DNA from: Salisapilia sapeloensis CBS 127946
Taxonomy: Eukaryota > Protista > Oomycota
NCBI GenBank assembly: GCA_023334545.1
Contig: JAADVB010000145.1
Span: 1 to 47,911, forward strand
Direction of reading: 5' to 3'
Length of the DNA stretch: 47,911 nucleotides
Both the position numbers and the translations under genes were made by a program. The notes under the pieces were generated by a model. It searched no databases. It was given only the letters and a program-made list of their open reading frames with translations, and was not told where the DNA came from. Positions 1 through 9,711 of the stretch are shown here, one piece after another. The first letter of the stretch is position 1. Each line of letters opens with the position of its first letter.

Positions 1-248
1 AAACTTATCCATGGTCCTCTGTTGGGCTCTTGAACTGCAGTACCGAGTCTCGGCTGAGCGTAGTTTCGATCGTGATCTCTTTCCCGTCTTTTGGCCTCTT
101 CTTTTTCTTTCACTTGTGCAGCTAACGCATCGGAGTATTCTTGTTGCCTTCTCCTACGTTCCTCTTTTTGTGATAGAATTGCTGTATTGACATTTGGGTG
201 ATAGGAAGCACGCTGAGGTGAGATCGGCGGCCTGTCTTGGAAGTACAT
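1..248 (-). CDS. Coiled-coil protein, 3' truncated by window edge; CCDC66/CSPP1-like motif
   Basis: Open frame from ATG at 248 running off the window start: MYFQDRPPISPQRASYHPNVNTAILSQKEERRRRQQEYSDALAAQVKEKEEAKRRERDHD... The RQQEYxxALxxQVxEKEExKRRE heptad resembles the centrosomal CCDC66/CSPP1 motif. Absent from the ORF track because no stop lies inside the window. Confidence 0.6.
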   Translation of the reverse strand, partial: MYFQDRPPISPQRASYHPNVNTAILSQKEERRRRQQEYSDALAAQVKEKEEAKRRERDHDRNYAQPRLGTAVQEPNRGPWIS

Positions 249-959
249 GAACCAAATTTAGAGTATGTTTATTCTTAGCAGTTACGGATACTTTCAGGGA
301 TCTTGACGAGTAGCAAAGGCAAAGCATTCGGTGACGACGACGCCTAGCAAATTTCCTTTCGTAGGTTACACCCATAAAGCAGCATGCTTCCATCCTTTAT
401 TTGGTATACCACGTTTTATCTCGTCTTAATGTCGCCTGCAACATGATGTCGGCAGGTTTAGTGCAACCCGTGAAGCTAGTAATTCCTTCAGTAGTGACAC
501 GATGACGATCCAAATGGACTTTTACTGTAGACGAACGTGTTTTTCAAGGAATACCACTCTGGGACGCGACGCCCGAGGTAATTTTCGTAGATAATCGAAA
601 TTAGACGTTTTACTTTGTGCGTTTGCTGGTTGAAGCTCGCTGCAGCACGTCAAGCGGATCCTCACTTCCGAATTGGACGTTGTGGAGGATCTTGAGCGAA
701 TGGGTATCAGATAGTACCGTGCTTTTCCACGCGAAGGAAATATCGTATGCGCAACACCGTGGGTTCCTTAGACCATTCTTTCCTTCGAACTGATTTGCAA
801 ATGCCACCTTTCAGCCAAAGATGGTACGCAATTCTGACATTTTGTCGAAAGAAAGAAAGAGCATTCAGACTTGATTTAATGGGCACGTCACTTGCTCTTG
901 TCATTCTCGAATTTTGTCTGGACTTGTCAGAAGCTTTCTCAGTATCCGAGAAGAACACG

Positions 960-2525
960 ATGGCAAGTGAACCAGTCGGTCTATTGGACAATTCGGTGAC
1001 TTCTCCACCCATGTTCTACCTTGAAGACCTGTACTTTACCTCGCCTGCCAGCACTGACAATCGAGCTTTTTATCTCCCACCAAGGCGAATGGATGCGAGC
1101 GAAGACACATGCGAAACATTTGAGTTTCCTCATGCGGTGGATCAAGCAAGCTGCTCAATGGATGTCATGCCATACGACCACCAGTTTCATTCCAACGCTT
1201 TCTTGCCATTTGAGTTTTATCCTAGTCGCCAAGAAGTCAATCCCTGGCCTCCACACGAGCCCAACTGTGATCGAGAATTGATTTCTTTCCTGGATAACCA
1301 CCCAATCGTACCAAACCAGTCATCCACCGACCCTGAGTGTGCCTACCCTTGTCTCAATACGATGACAAGTAGCTATCGCAGCGGTGCGAGCCCGCACATG
1401 GATCCCAAGAACATCTTTGACCAAGGACCAGTATCTCCTTTACGGGATGATCCATTTCGTCGGATCTTTAATCGACCGCTTTCTCCAATCTATAAGAGCA
1501 AGACGGAATCCGTTTGCTCCGTACCAGAGACTGTGCCTTCTCCTGGAAACTGTGAATCGGATGTATCAGATGCATCTAACTCATATCTGTCAGATGATGG
1601 GTCGGAGGTATCCTTATCAACGGAGTCATCCTCGTTTTCTGAACCAGCGATATGCCATCGCAAACGACGAAAAGCTGATTTACCTTCCATGAGAATTGAA
1701 AGCACTGAAGAGTCAATGTCGAACCAGGTGATGTTGGTTCCTCAGCATGAAGTTCGATTAAAAACGAAGATTGATGGACCATACTGGAAAAACGGTCGCA
1801 AGAATGTACAGTGCTTTCCTACATGCGGTGAAAGGAAAGACTTCTTTTCGATGAAGATGAATGGCGAAAAACATAGAAACGGAGGTGTATGCCGTCAAGG
1901 TATCTATTGCACAACGTATCAGCCTATCAATGAGGAGCCACGCGCGAAAGACGAGTGCAATCCGGTGAAAGGCAGGAAGTCTCGAATGACACGCAATAGT
2001 GGTAGCATTCCATCGGGAAGACAAAACAGCAGTCCAAGAGTCGAATACGTTTTGGCTGGACGATTCGAGCGCGTTTCTCAACTGCAAGGAGAGCATCCAG
2101 GTGACAAACTTTCGGCTCCACCAACGTTCGAATCGATGAAAGATTACAATTCGTTTGCTAAAGGATGCGTCTTTGGAAATGAAATTGACGATGATCAAGT
2201 GGTAATGGACCGTCGTGAAGCTGACGGAAATGCAGAGAACGATGGAGAAGTGCGTGAAAGACGCAACTGGTTTTTCTACCCTGATGTCTGGAAGGTTCAT
2301 CCGATGCTCAAAAAGAAGCGCAAGCCGACCAAGTCTATTCCTGGACAGATGTACCCGTTCTGCTTTCGCATCTACTTTCTTCGTCACACTCGTTGGACGG
2401 ATAAAAGTACAGTTGAATGCCTTGCATCTGCTTCCTCTTCCTTCTTCGAACTCGTTTCAACACGAACTTTGGACCGAGTGAAGCACCGATCTCAGGAACC
2501 AACGGCCAAGCGTCGACGTCGCTAA
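960..2525 (+). CDS. Uncharacterised nuclear protein, putative transcription factor (521 aa from MASEP)
   Basis: Single long ORF (747..2525), with the likely start at ATG 960. Acidic/Ser/Pro low-complexity N-terminal half, basic NLS-like HRKRRK and terminal KRRRR, and a structured-looking C-terminal domain (GPYWKNGRKNVQCFPTC...FFYPDVWKVHPMLKKKRK...YPFCFRIYF...SSSFFELVSTRTL). Confidence 0.75.
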   Translation: MASEPVGLLDNSVTSPPMFYLEDLYFTSPASTDNRAFYLPPRRMDASEDTCETFEFPHAVDQASCSMDVMPYDHQFHSNAFLPFEFYPSRQEVNPWPPHEPNCDRELISFLDNHPIVPNQSSTDPECAYPCLNTMTSSYRSGASPHMDPKNIFDQGPVSPLRDDPFRRIFNRPLSPIYKSKTESVCSVPETVPSPGNCESDVSDASNSYLSDDGSEVSLSTESSSFSEPAICHRKRRKADLPSMRIESTEESMSNQVMLVPQHEVRLKTKIDGPYWKNGRKNVQCFPTCGERKDFFSMKMNGEKHRNGGVCRQGIYCTTYQPINEEPRAKDECNPVKGRKSRMTRNSGSIPSGRQNSSPRVEYVLAGRFERVSQLQGEHPGDKLSAPPTFESMKDYNSFAKGCVFGNEIDDDQVVMDRREADGNAENDGEVRERRNWFFYPDVWKVHPMLKKKRKPTKSIPGQMYPFCFRIYFLRHTRWTDKSTVECLASASSSFFELVSTRTLDRVKHRSQEPTAKRRRR

Positions 2526-2884
2526 GATTTTCGAATGAGAATTACATTTTAGCTATGAGAGCAAGTCGATGTTCCGAGTGTAACCCCCAAAGTTTAATTG
2601 AGGGAATGTAGACAAATCTGTACTTCTACGCAAAGAATAAAGGCTCCATAAGGCCATGCAGACCAATCTACTTTGGATGTCATGACTTTGTGTTTGCCTT
2701 TGTTGCAATTCGTTTCATGCACAAATCAATTATTGGATACATTGTGCGTACTTCCAACTTTTTAAATAAACTAACGAATCATCGATGAACATATGCGTGT
2801 GTTATAAATGTCGAGCGAATGTAGTTTGCAACTTCAAAAAGCTCACGCATCTTTAAAAGGCGCGACCAGACGGCGTTAGGAAGG

Positions 2885-3238
2885 ATGGCAAACCAAGATG
2901 CTGCCGTGGAAGACCCACAGACGGACGGACAAGTCAAGGAAGGCGATGGTGAATCTTCTTCGTATGTTCCAAAGATCGAGGTGCTACGGCTCGAAATATC
3001 GTCTGCACTCAAAGACGAAGCGGTTCAACACCTGATCGAGCACTTGCAAAAGAGTCCAAATGCAATGGAGAAAGATATTGCAACGAGCATGAAAAAGCAC
3101 TTTGACCAGACGCACGGGCCGACATGGCACTGCCTCGTTGGCAAGCGCTTCGGTTGCTCTGTCGCGTACGATACGCAACACCTACTGTTCTTTCGAGCTG
3201 ATCAGCACTACGTCCTGCTCTTTAAATCCATCGACTAG
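2885..3238 (+). CDS. Dynein light chain type 1 (LC8/DYNLL family) protein with acidic N-terminal extension
   Basis: EKDIATSMKKHFDQTHGPTWHCLVGKRFGCSVAYDTQHLLFF matches the LC8-family signature (IAxxIKKxFDxxYGPTWHCIVGxxFGSxVTHE). Intronless, 117 aa. Confidence 0.9.
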   Translation: MANQDAAVEDPQTDGQVKEGDGESSSYVPKIEVLRLEISSALKDEAVQHLIEHLQKSPNAMEKDIATSMKKHFDQTHGPTWHCLVGKRFGCSVAYDTQHLLFFRADQHYVLLFKSID

Positions 3239-3288
3239 ATGTAGATTCTTGCAACAAGTTTTTATTTCCAAAGAAAGCTCTTTCAGAT

Positions 3289-4232
3289 CTAACAGTACGT
3301 CGCTGTTTGTAGCAAGGCTTTAGTCGCCAATTTGGCTACTTTCAAAGCAGTCTCTTCCTCCTGATCGCTTTCCATGTCAAGTGCATCCGGTCGATGGGCA
3401 TCAACGAACTGAAGCTCCTTGTCTCGACACTCTTTCAGAATCTATAGAGTTACGAGAGAATGTTAGTGACGACTTCATTGGTAGGTTGGGTCTGTAGACT
3501 TATGAAAACGAACGTCTTTAAGCGGACTATCGCCTTGATTGACTTCATAGAGCTCTCGAATTTGGTCATTGTAGTGATCCGAGATGGCGATCTTGATGCC
3601 GGTGATACTAGACGTACTCACTTCCTCTCCCAGTGTTTGCAATAAAGAGCCTGATGCATACGACAATCAGCATTACCACATTGGCGATTGCTTGGTGAGA
3701 CTACAAGGTAGTACCGAGTAGGGAGCTACTGCCTTCGAGCATTGGCACGAGGATACTAGGACGGAACCTAAATCCATCCACTTGTGCTGCATTCTCAATT
3801 CGATTCACAGCTTCCGATTGGACTGCTTTTAGCTCCTGTGATGACATTGAGTACATTTTCTCTGACTTTATAACTGAAAGTGGTATCTGTACATGTAATT
3901 TTTCTTCATATTCAGGTGAATATCCTTTCGACGACGCATTCGCAACCTGTAAATCCCTAAGGTCATTGCAAAGCATTGTGAGTTTGTTTGTATCAGCCTA
4001 CCTTGGAGTTGAGGAGAGAGGCACTGGAGATTTGTGCAACGTGACCAACGCGAAGCATACTGCTACTATCGTCATCGTAGCCTTTCGGCTGCATCGGTAC
4101 GTCCCCACAATTCTTCTCTAGCCAATTCGGGCCGGCATAGTGATATTGACTTCCAGTTTCTGTCGAATAGGCAGCAAGACGCTTCCAATGCGCAACAAAG
4201 CGCTGCGTCTTCATCATCTTCTGGCTCATCAT
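3289..4232 (-). CDS. Hypothetical protein, 4 exons (about 250 aa)
   Basis: Exons 4232-4002, 3946-3715, 3650-3514 and 3441-3289 join via GT-AG introns with consistent phases (total 753 nt) into MMSQKMMKTQRFVAHWKRL...KGYSPEYEEKLHVQIPL...ILKECRDKELQFVDAHRPD...TATYC*. No family recognised; the start is uncertain. Confidence 0.6.
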
Positions 4233-4367
4233 GTCGAAGCTCGGAATTCGATGTCTAAATGCGCATCCTGTCCTGTAAAACAGCTCGATTGAATACGCAT
4301 GATATAAGGAGACCAAAAGGCGCATTTAACGAGTAAGAAAAGAAATTGCAAAAGAAATTGCTTTAAG

Positions 4368-4858
4368 TTAATGCACGAGCGGCTTGAGTGGATTCGCTCG
4401 CGTCTGGTCATCTATCACTTGCTCTCGAACGTTTTCAGGCACTTCTCCAACGATGCAGCTATGTGCACCATTAGATTGGTTCCAATGCTAATAAGATGCA
4501 TAAAGTATACATATTGTCGCCTCGGATGATGTAGAGTCCTAGCTCGGCAACTTCGACCGGCTCGGTCGGAGAGTAGACTCGTTCGAAGCTATCATCTAAC
4601 ACGACGTTGGTTGCTTGATCGAAACCCTTCAGTACTCCCTACAAGTTCGTTTAGTGCTCTATATGCTCTGTATCAATGTATTCATCCTACAATGATGTTG
4701 CGCCCGTCATTCGTGATAACTGAGATCGTCTCTATTTAGTGTCAGAAGAAGATAATTGCTTCAGTTAATATTTTCATCTATAGTGCTATGGTCCCACAGA
4801 GATTGAAAGAGCATAGATAGATCATACTGTCCTGTAGATCCTTCAAATATGACGCCAT
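4368..4858 (-). CDS. LSM8: U6 snRNA-associated Sm-like protein LSm8 (96 aa, 4 exons)
   Basis: Exons 4858-4828, 4731-4691, 4638-4511 and 4458-4368 splice in frame to MASYLKDLQDKTISVITNDGRNIIGVLKGFDQATNVVLDDSFERVYSPTEPVEVAELGLYIIRGDNICIVGEVPENVREQVIDDQTRANPLKPLVH*. It carries the Sm1 and Sm2 motifs and the LSm8-typical VITxDGR, GFDQxxN and GLYIIRGDN. Not in the ORF track. Confidence 0.93.
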
Positions 4859-5572
4859 CGCACCCGAGTCCTCGCACTCTGTCCGATCGCTTTTCGTGTC
4901 GAAAGAGTCGTAAATGATACATTTTTATGAGACGCGCACCTAGCCTTTGGCCAGCTGAAAAATGAAATATGAAAAACGAATTTTTTGCTGAATAAAGGTC
5001 AAGTGGATATTGATCATATCGTGCCGAGTACATTGCTTGCATCGTTGTCCATGATACATGCTTAACGAAACGCATGTTTCACCTCTTGTGCAACATGAAT
5101 AACAGTAGGTCGTTTCTTGAAAGATAAAAGAGTTTTACTTTGTGTTTGTAAAAGTCGAACAGGATGGAGGCGATATGGTAAATACAAGTACCCGACAAAG
5201 AAAGGTGTTATTATCGAAACGAGTTTTTACCACTCTTCCATTGCTATTGTGGTCTTTAGATGAAATGTCTATCAATGGATTCGTGATTCGACTAGTAACT
5301 TATCTAGACGATATCAACCAACCCAAATCTCAACCGATAGATAGAATGCGCAATGTCTATCTGCTTTCTCTACGTCTCCATTCGTCATTCTTCTCCGTAC
5401 AAGTTCACTGTACCACACTAATCGCATTCAAGACCACTTCGTTCTGAACATATTCATTGCAATTTCCAACCACTATTTCCAACCATACAAAGCATTCGGT
5501 CCGTCTCAGCAAAGACACATCGATTCGCACTTCTCGCTCGCAAGTACTCTAGCTACTCGTCTCCTGTGCATC

Positions 5573-5940
5573 ATGGGCGGCCAGAACTCTCGAATGATAC
5601 GTGAGATCATAGAAGACTCTCGATACATTCTAAGCCAAACGAGCCGAGAAACATACGAGCGCAGTGTCGCGAGCAAGAAGGAGGTGGCGTCGAAATTGAG
5701 CCAAGTGCGCAAGATGAACCAAGAGCTGCAACAGTCCCAAAAGAGTTCGAGTGCCCAAGGTCAAATGTACGACATCTTTGAAACCCTCGGCGACCAGAAG
5801 AAGCGTCTAGATTCTCAAGTACTATGCATTCATAGCATCTATCGACTAGCAACGTTCTAATGACAGCATAGACAGAAGACTTTGCAAAGCAATTCGATTT
5901 GGATCAAAAGCCGGATGCGGGCAAGAGTAAGAAAGATTAA
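5573..5940 (+). CDS. Small coiled-coil protein (104 aa, 2 exons) with N-myristoylation-type start MGGQNS
   Basis: Exon 5573-5818, GT-AG intron 5819-5871, exon 5872-5940 ([22 protein letters not shown]). The G2/S6 pattern fits the myristoylation consensus. The frame is also open upstream to about 5430, so a longer N-terminus is not excluded. Confidence 0.62.
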
Positions 5941-6875
5941 GTATGGCAATGCCGTTGAATCCACGGATGTTCCGCCACTTTTTCCAATGGCAATCGACCC
6001 TTCGGGTCTTTCACGAGTAATTTACTGATCAAGTCTCTCGCCTCCTTGCTCACGTAGCCAGGATACTCCACTTTGCAAGCGCAGATCTTTCGATACGTCT
6101 CCTGCTGGTCTTGTGTCTCGAAAGGAGGCTTCCCGACTAGAAACTCGTACATGAGGATCCCGAGTGTCCACACATCTACGTTTTTATCATGTGGCGTGTG
6201 CGTCACCATTTCCGGAGCTAGGTAGTCCAACGTCCCGCACATGGTCGCGCGACGTGACGTCGGTGCACGGACGCTCCAGCCAAAGTCGGCGAGCTTGAGC
6301 TCTCCGTTAAAGCCGATGAGAAGGTTCTCAGGCTTGATGTCTCGATGGATGACGTGACGAGAGTGCATGTATGTCAAGGTGGAGGCTAGCTCTCGAACGT
6401 ACTTGGCTGCCTGGGCTTCACTAAACTTGCCTGCTTTCGTCAACTTCTTGTACAATTCACCTTGAGGTGCATATTCGATAATGAGGTAGATCCGCTTTGC
6501 GTCGTGAAAGTAGCCGTAGAGACGTAGGATGTTCCGATGGCGAAGATGAGACTGAATCTCGATCTCTCGACGAAGTTGATGCTCGACATTCGACTTGGCG
6601 ATCTGTGCTTTTTCTATGACCTTGATGGCGACGATGAACTTGGATGACTTCTCTCGAGCGAGGTAGACGTTGCCGAATTTGCCGCGGCCTAGAGGTCGGC
6701 CGATGGCGAAATCACGCAGTCGCCACGTCTTTTTTGCGACGGACGGACGGCCTCTGTAGCTGTTCATGGATAATTTACTCATGGGAATGCGCGACTGTGT
6801 GGTTGACGGTCTGGATGGAAGTGTACGCTCCGATGGAGGAGCGTTCGACGTGCTGCTAGAGGCAGCAGAAGACAT
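5937..6875 (-). CDS. AUR: Aurora (IPL1-family) Ser/Thr protein kinase
   Basis: [84 protein letters not shown] are diagnostic Aurora motifs. ATG at 6875 (the track's 6881 is GTG). Intronless. Confidence 0.96.
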   Translation of the reverse strand: MSSAASSSTSNAPPSERTLPSRPSTTQSRIPMSKLSMNSYRGRPSVAKKTWRLRDFAIGRPLGRGKFGNVYLAREKSSKFIVAIKVIEKAQIAKSNVEHQLRREIEIQSHLRHRNILRLYGYFHDAKRIYLIIEYAPQGELYKKLTKAGKFSEAQAAKYVRELASTLTYMHSRHVIHRDIKPENLLIGFNGELKLADFGWSVRAPTSRRATMCGTLDYLAPEMVTHTPHDKNVDVWTLGILMYEFLVGKPPFETQDQQETYRKICACKVEYPGYVSKEARDLISKLLVKDPKGRLPLEKVAEHPWIQRHCHT

Positions 6876-6930
6876 GGCCACGGTCTTGTCCTTTTTGAAT
6901 TTAGGCGGTTGAATCGTCCTATAAAAATAT

Positions 6931-6939
6931 AGCCAATTG
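6931..6939. promoter_or_regulatory. Possible CCAAT box upstream of Aurora
   Basis: AGCCAATTG lies about 56 nt upstream of the Aurora ATG, close to the oomycete AGCCAAT(C)A CCAAT-like motif. Short motif that could occur by chance. Confidence 0.3.
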
Positions 6940-7684
6940 ATAGCTACTTGCGATGGTATTATTTTAGACCAGCGGTAAGCTTAGAGTACGATGCCAAAGC
7001 TTTCGTTGTTCACATACGAATGGTTATTCTTAGAAACAAAAGGGAGACGTGATCGACGATGATACATGTTTGGACATAACTAGCTTCCTTTGTTGCGTCA
7101 TCAGCTGTCGGTAAAGATGAAAGAAAGCAGTCTGAACTATCCGCTTGGAAATATACGTGGAAACTTGGGAAAGATCAATGACCTGTAAAGCCTAGCTACA
7201 CTTGTCTTTAGCCTTCTGGGTAGCTTAGAGCCATCATGTGAACATCTCAATATTTTGATTCACTCGAAGGAAGCAATGAAGTCAACGCACATAATTAAAA
7301 ATTCCGTGGAACATACTAGGGAAATCGATATGGAAGTCAAAGTCTCATTTGTACATCTTGTAGACATGGAAATTGATCATATGTGTATCAACGGCAGAGA
7401 TCTTTGACGTGTTAGACTCTAGTAATTGCATCTCTAACTGCGCCTCAAAGTGTAGGCTTCCATCAGCTACGATGTGCTTCACTCTTCCTTCAGTTGCAAA
7501 CCAAGTGTGAGCTATATACTCCTAAAACCATGATTCTATGCAGTCTAACGCGTACAAACGAGCAGATTATTTTGCACGGAGAAAGAAATCATAGGTATCT
7601 GGGTATGAACAGTGCTCAAATGTTTATTCTAGTCAAAAGCGATAAGGATCTCTACACGACGTAGGCACCCAACTCTATGGGTTC

Positions 7685-9010
7685 TTACCACTGCTTGCCA
7701 GCAACAAGGTCAGCGATGACAGGGTCACGAAGCATACTGCGGAGTGACCATGGGTTCATGTCGTTCTCGTCACCGTATACGCGCCAGCTCCAGAAAGCCC
7801 AGCCAGCTTCACCTTGATCCAAAGCGTCGATGAGGCTCTCGGCAAATTCATAGAATCCATCGTCGCCATAATTGAACTGACCAGACGTGGCGAAGGACCA
7901 TTCACCAAAGTAGAGCGAGTTGTGCGATGGCAATGCATTCCACTCTCGGATGTCTCCCGCTCGGTCCGTTCTCAAGCTTTTCGTCAAAAGCGTCGTCGCG
8001 TCCTCGTTGACAAAGTCGAACGCAAAGTAGATGTGCCAGTCGATCCAGAGGTTAGTGTAGTCCGGTCCGACCATGATATCGGTCAAACTACGACTGTCTT
8101 GCTTCCATAGCATTGGCGAAAGGATCAAGATACAGTCGTTGCCTGTAGCCCTGATGCTTTCGTACGCATGCTGGTAGTACGAATACAGCGTCGGTTCATC
8201 CACGCCATTGGGCTCATTCATCAGACCGATACCCAAGAAAGCGGGTTGATTCTGGTATCGTGCGGCCAGCCACTTGATGCTGTCCAAAGTCGCGTTGACA
8301 TTGTACTCGGATGAGCTCCAGTACGCGGTGCCGGGTACGATGGGGCTTGAATGATCCGCTCCTGCGATATTGTCAGTATCTCCAAACTACATGAGGCTTT
8401 CATAAAAAAGTACCATTCTGCGAACTCTTCGCTCCGTGCATGCTCAGCATGACAGCGACGTTATACTTTTTGGCCCAATTGCAAATGAGCGCGTCGAGGT
8501 AGAAGAGAGACGTACCAGGGTACACCTTCTCCTGTCCTTCATTCGACGGATCGTAGTTGTCAAAGTTGGCGATCCAGTATCCAATCGGCACACGGACGGT
8601 ATTGAGACCTGCTTCGGAGATTTGCTTGATATCTTCTTCCGTGATGAAGGTCGATTGGTGGTAAGCGAGGTGACTGCGAATGGTATCCGGGTCCTCTGAC
8701 TTTGTGATTACCGTGTATTCACCAGTGCCTTCATACTTGCCATCCAATTGATCCCAAATATCCGCTGTAGGCGTCATCCACTGCTCTACGACTAGCCAAG
8801 CTATAGATAGATCATTAGATTTGCACGTCTGCTTGGTGACAGGTTAGGTATATACGCACATCCTAGGTTCACGCCTCGCGACTTGACATTTCCGGCACGG
8901 ATCTGTGGCTGGATGTGATCACTTTGTCCATAGGCTGACTTGAGACTGCAGGCAACTCCGAGAACGAGCGCCGTGCAGGCTAGTGTAAATCGCACGAAAG
9001 CTGGCGACAT
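7685..9010 (-). CDS. Secreted glycoside hydrolase family 5, exo-beta-1,3-glucanase type (404 aa, 3 exons)
   Basis: Exons 9010-8860, 8800-8414 and 8361-7685. Signal peptide MSPAFVRFTLACTALVLGVACS; RGVNLGSWLVVEQWMTP; GLNTVRVPIGYW; MHGAKSSQNGADHS; catalytic acid/base LMNEP; DWHIY; nucleophile YFGEWS; GWAFWSW. Confidence 0.93.
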
Positions 9011-9029
9011 GGTCAGCGGAATTTAAAAT

Positions 9030-9036
9030 AATGAGC
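9030..9036 (-). promoter_or_regulatory. INR-like core promoter element of the GH5 gene
   Basis: GCTCATT on the minus strand, 20 nt upstream of the GH5 ATG, matching the start of the oomycete GCTCATTY initiator consensus. Confidence 0.4.
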
Positions 9037-9711
9037 AGACCAGTGATGGTGGACTCTGCTCCCAGGTGACCGTATGTTGATGATACGATTTGAAAGCACG
9101 GATGGTAGTGGAGAAGATACAGGAGCGAACAATTCGATGTTGTCGCGACGCAAACTAGATCAAAAATTGAAACGGACGATACGGAGTACAAGACTTGTCG
9201 CTAGTGAAGCTCCTGTCCGACATGAATGGAGATTGTACATAGAAAGCTCTACCTATAAAATAGACCTCTTGAACAAGTTTTCTATGATATGAAGGCTTCT
9301 CAAGCAAACACGACCGCCCTATATTGGGGCAAGTGTGCCATAGTGCCTAGTCTATCTCCTATCTTGCTGCCATCTGCAAAGTACCTAGCGAAAAGGCTAC
9401 GCACGCAATGAGGTATCTGATTCGGCTCGGAAAACTGTCGAAAGATAGATCAGCGATACAGGACTTGATTGGTTACCAGACACGTCATGTGATAGTGTAC
9501 CGTTTCTCCAGGTCCACTGACATCACGACATGGGTGAGGAGGTACTTCAAGCAGTGTGATGGAGAGGTGCACTTAAAGGTGATTGAGCGAGAACCAGTCA
9601 CCTCGACTGCGTACACTTTTACGATGGATACATGATGTATGGCCGCCATAATGGCATCTAAGTATCTAGTTCATCCACATCGGTTTAAATGTAAAGGCTG
9701 TATTACTTATC

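Noticed and set aside
747-959. N-terminal 71 codons of the 592-aa ORF
   Set aside because: Reads like translated UTR. The MASEP ATG at 960 is the more plausible start, though this is not proven.
1758-2387. 209-aa minus-strand ORF
   Set aside because: Lies fully antisense to the 521-aa gene; no motifs.
5090-5572. Possible extra 5' mini-exons extending the 5573 gene
   Set aside because: A phase-consistent chain can be built, but the peptide is unconvincing and MGGQNS is a good natural start. Left unannotated pending RNA data.
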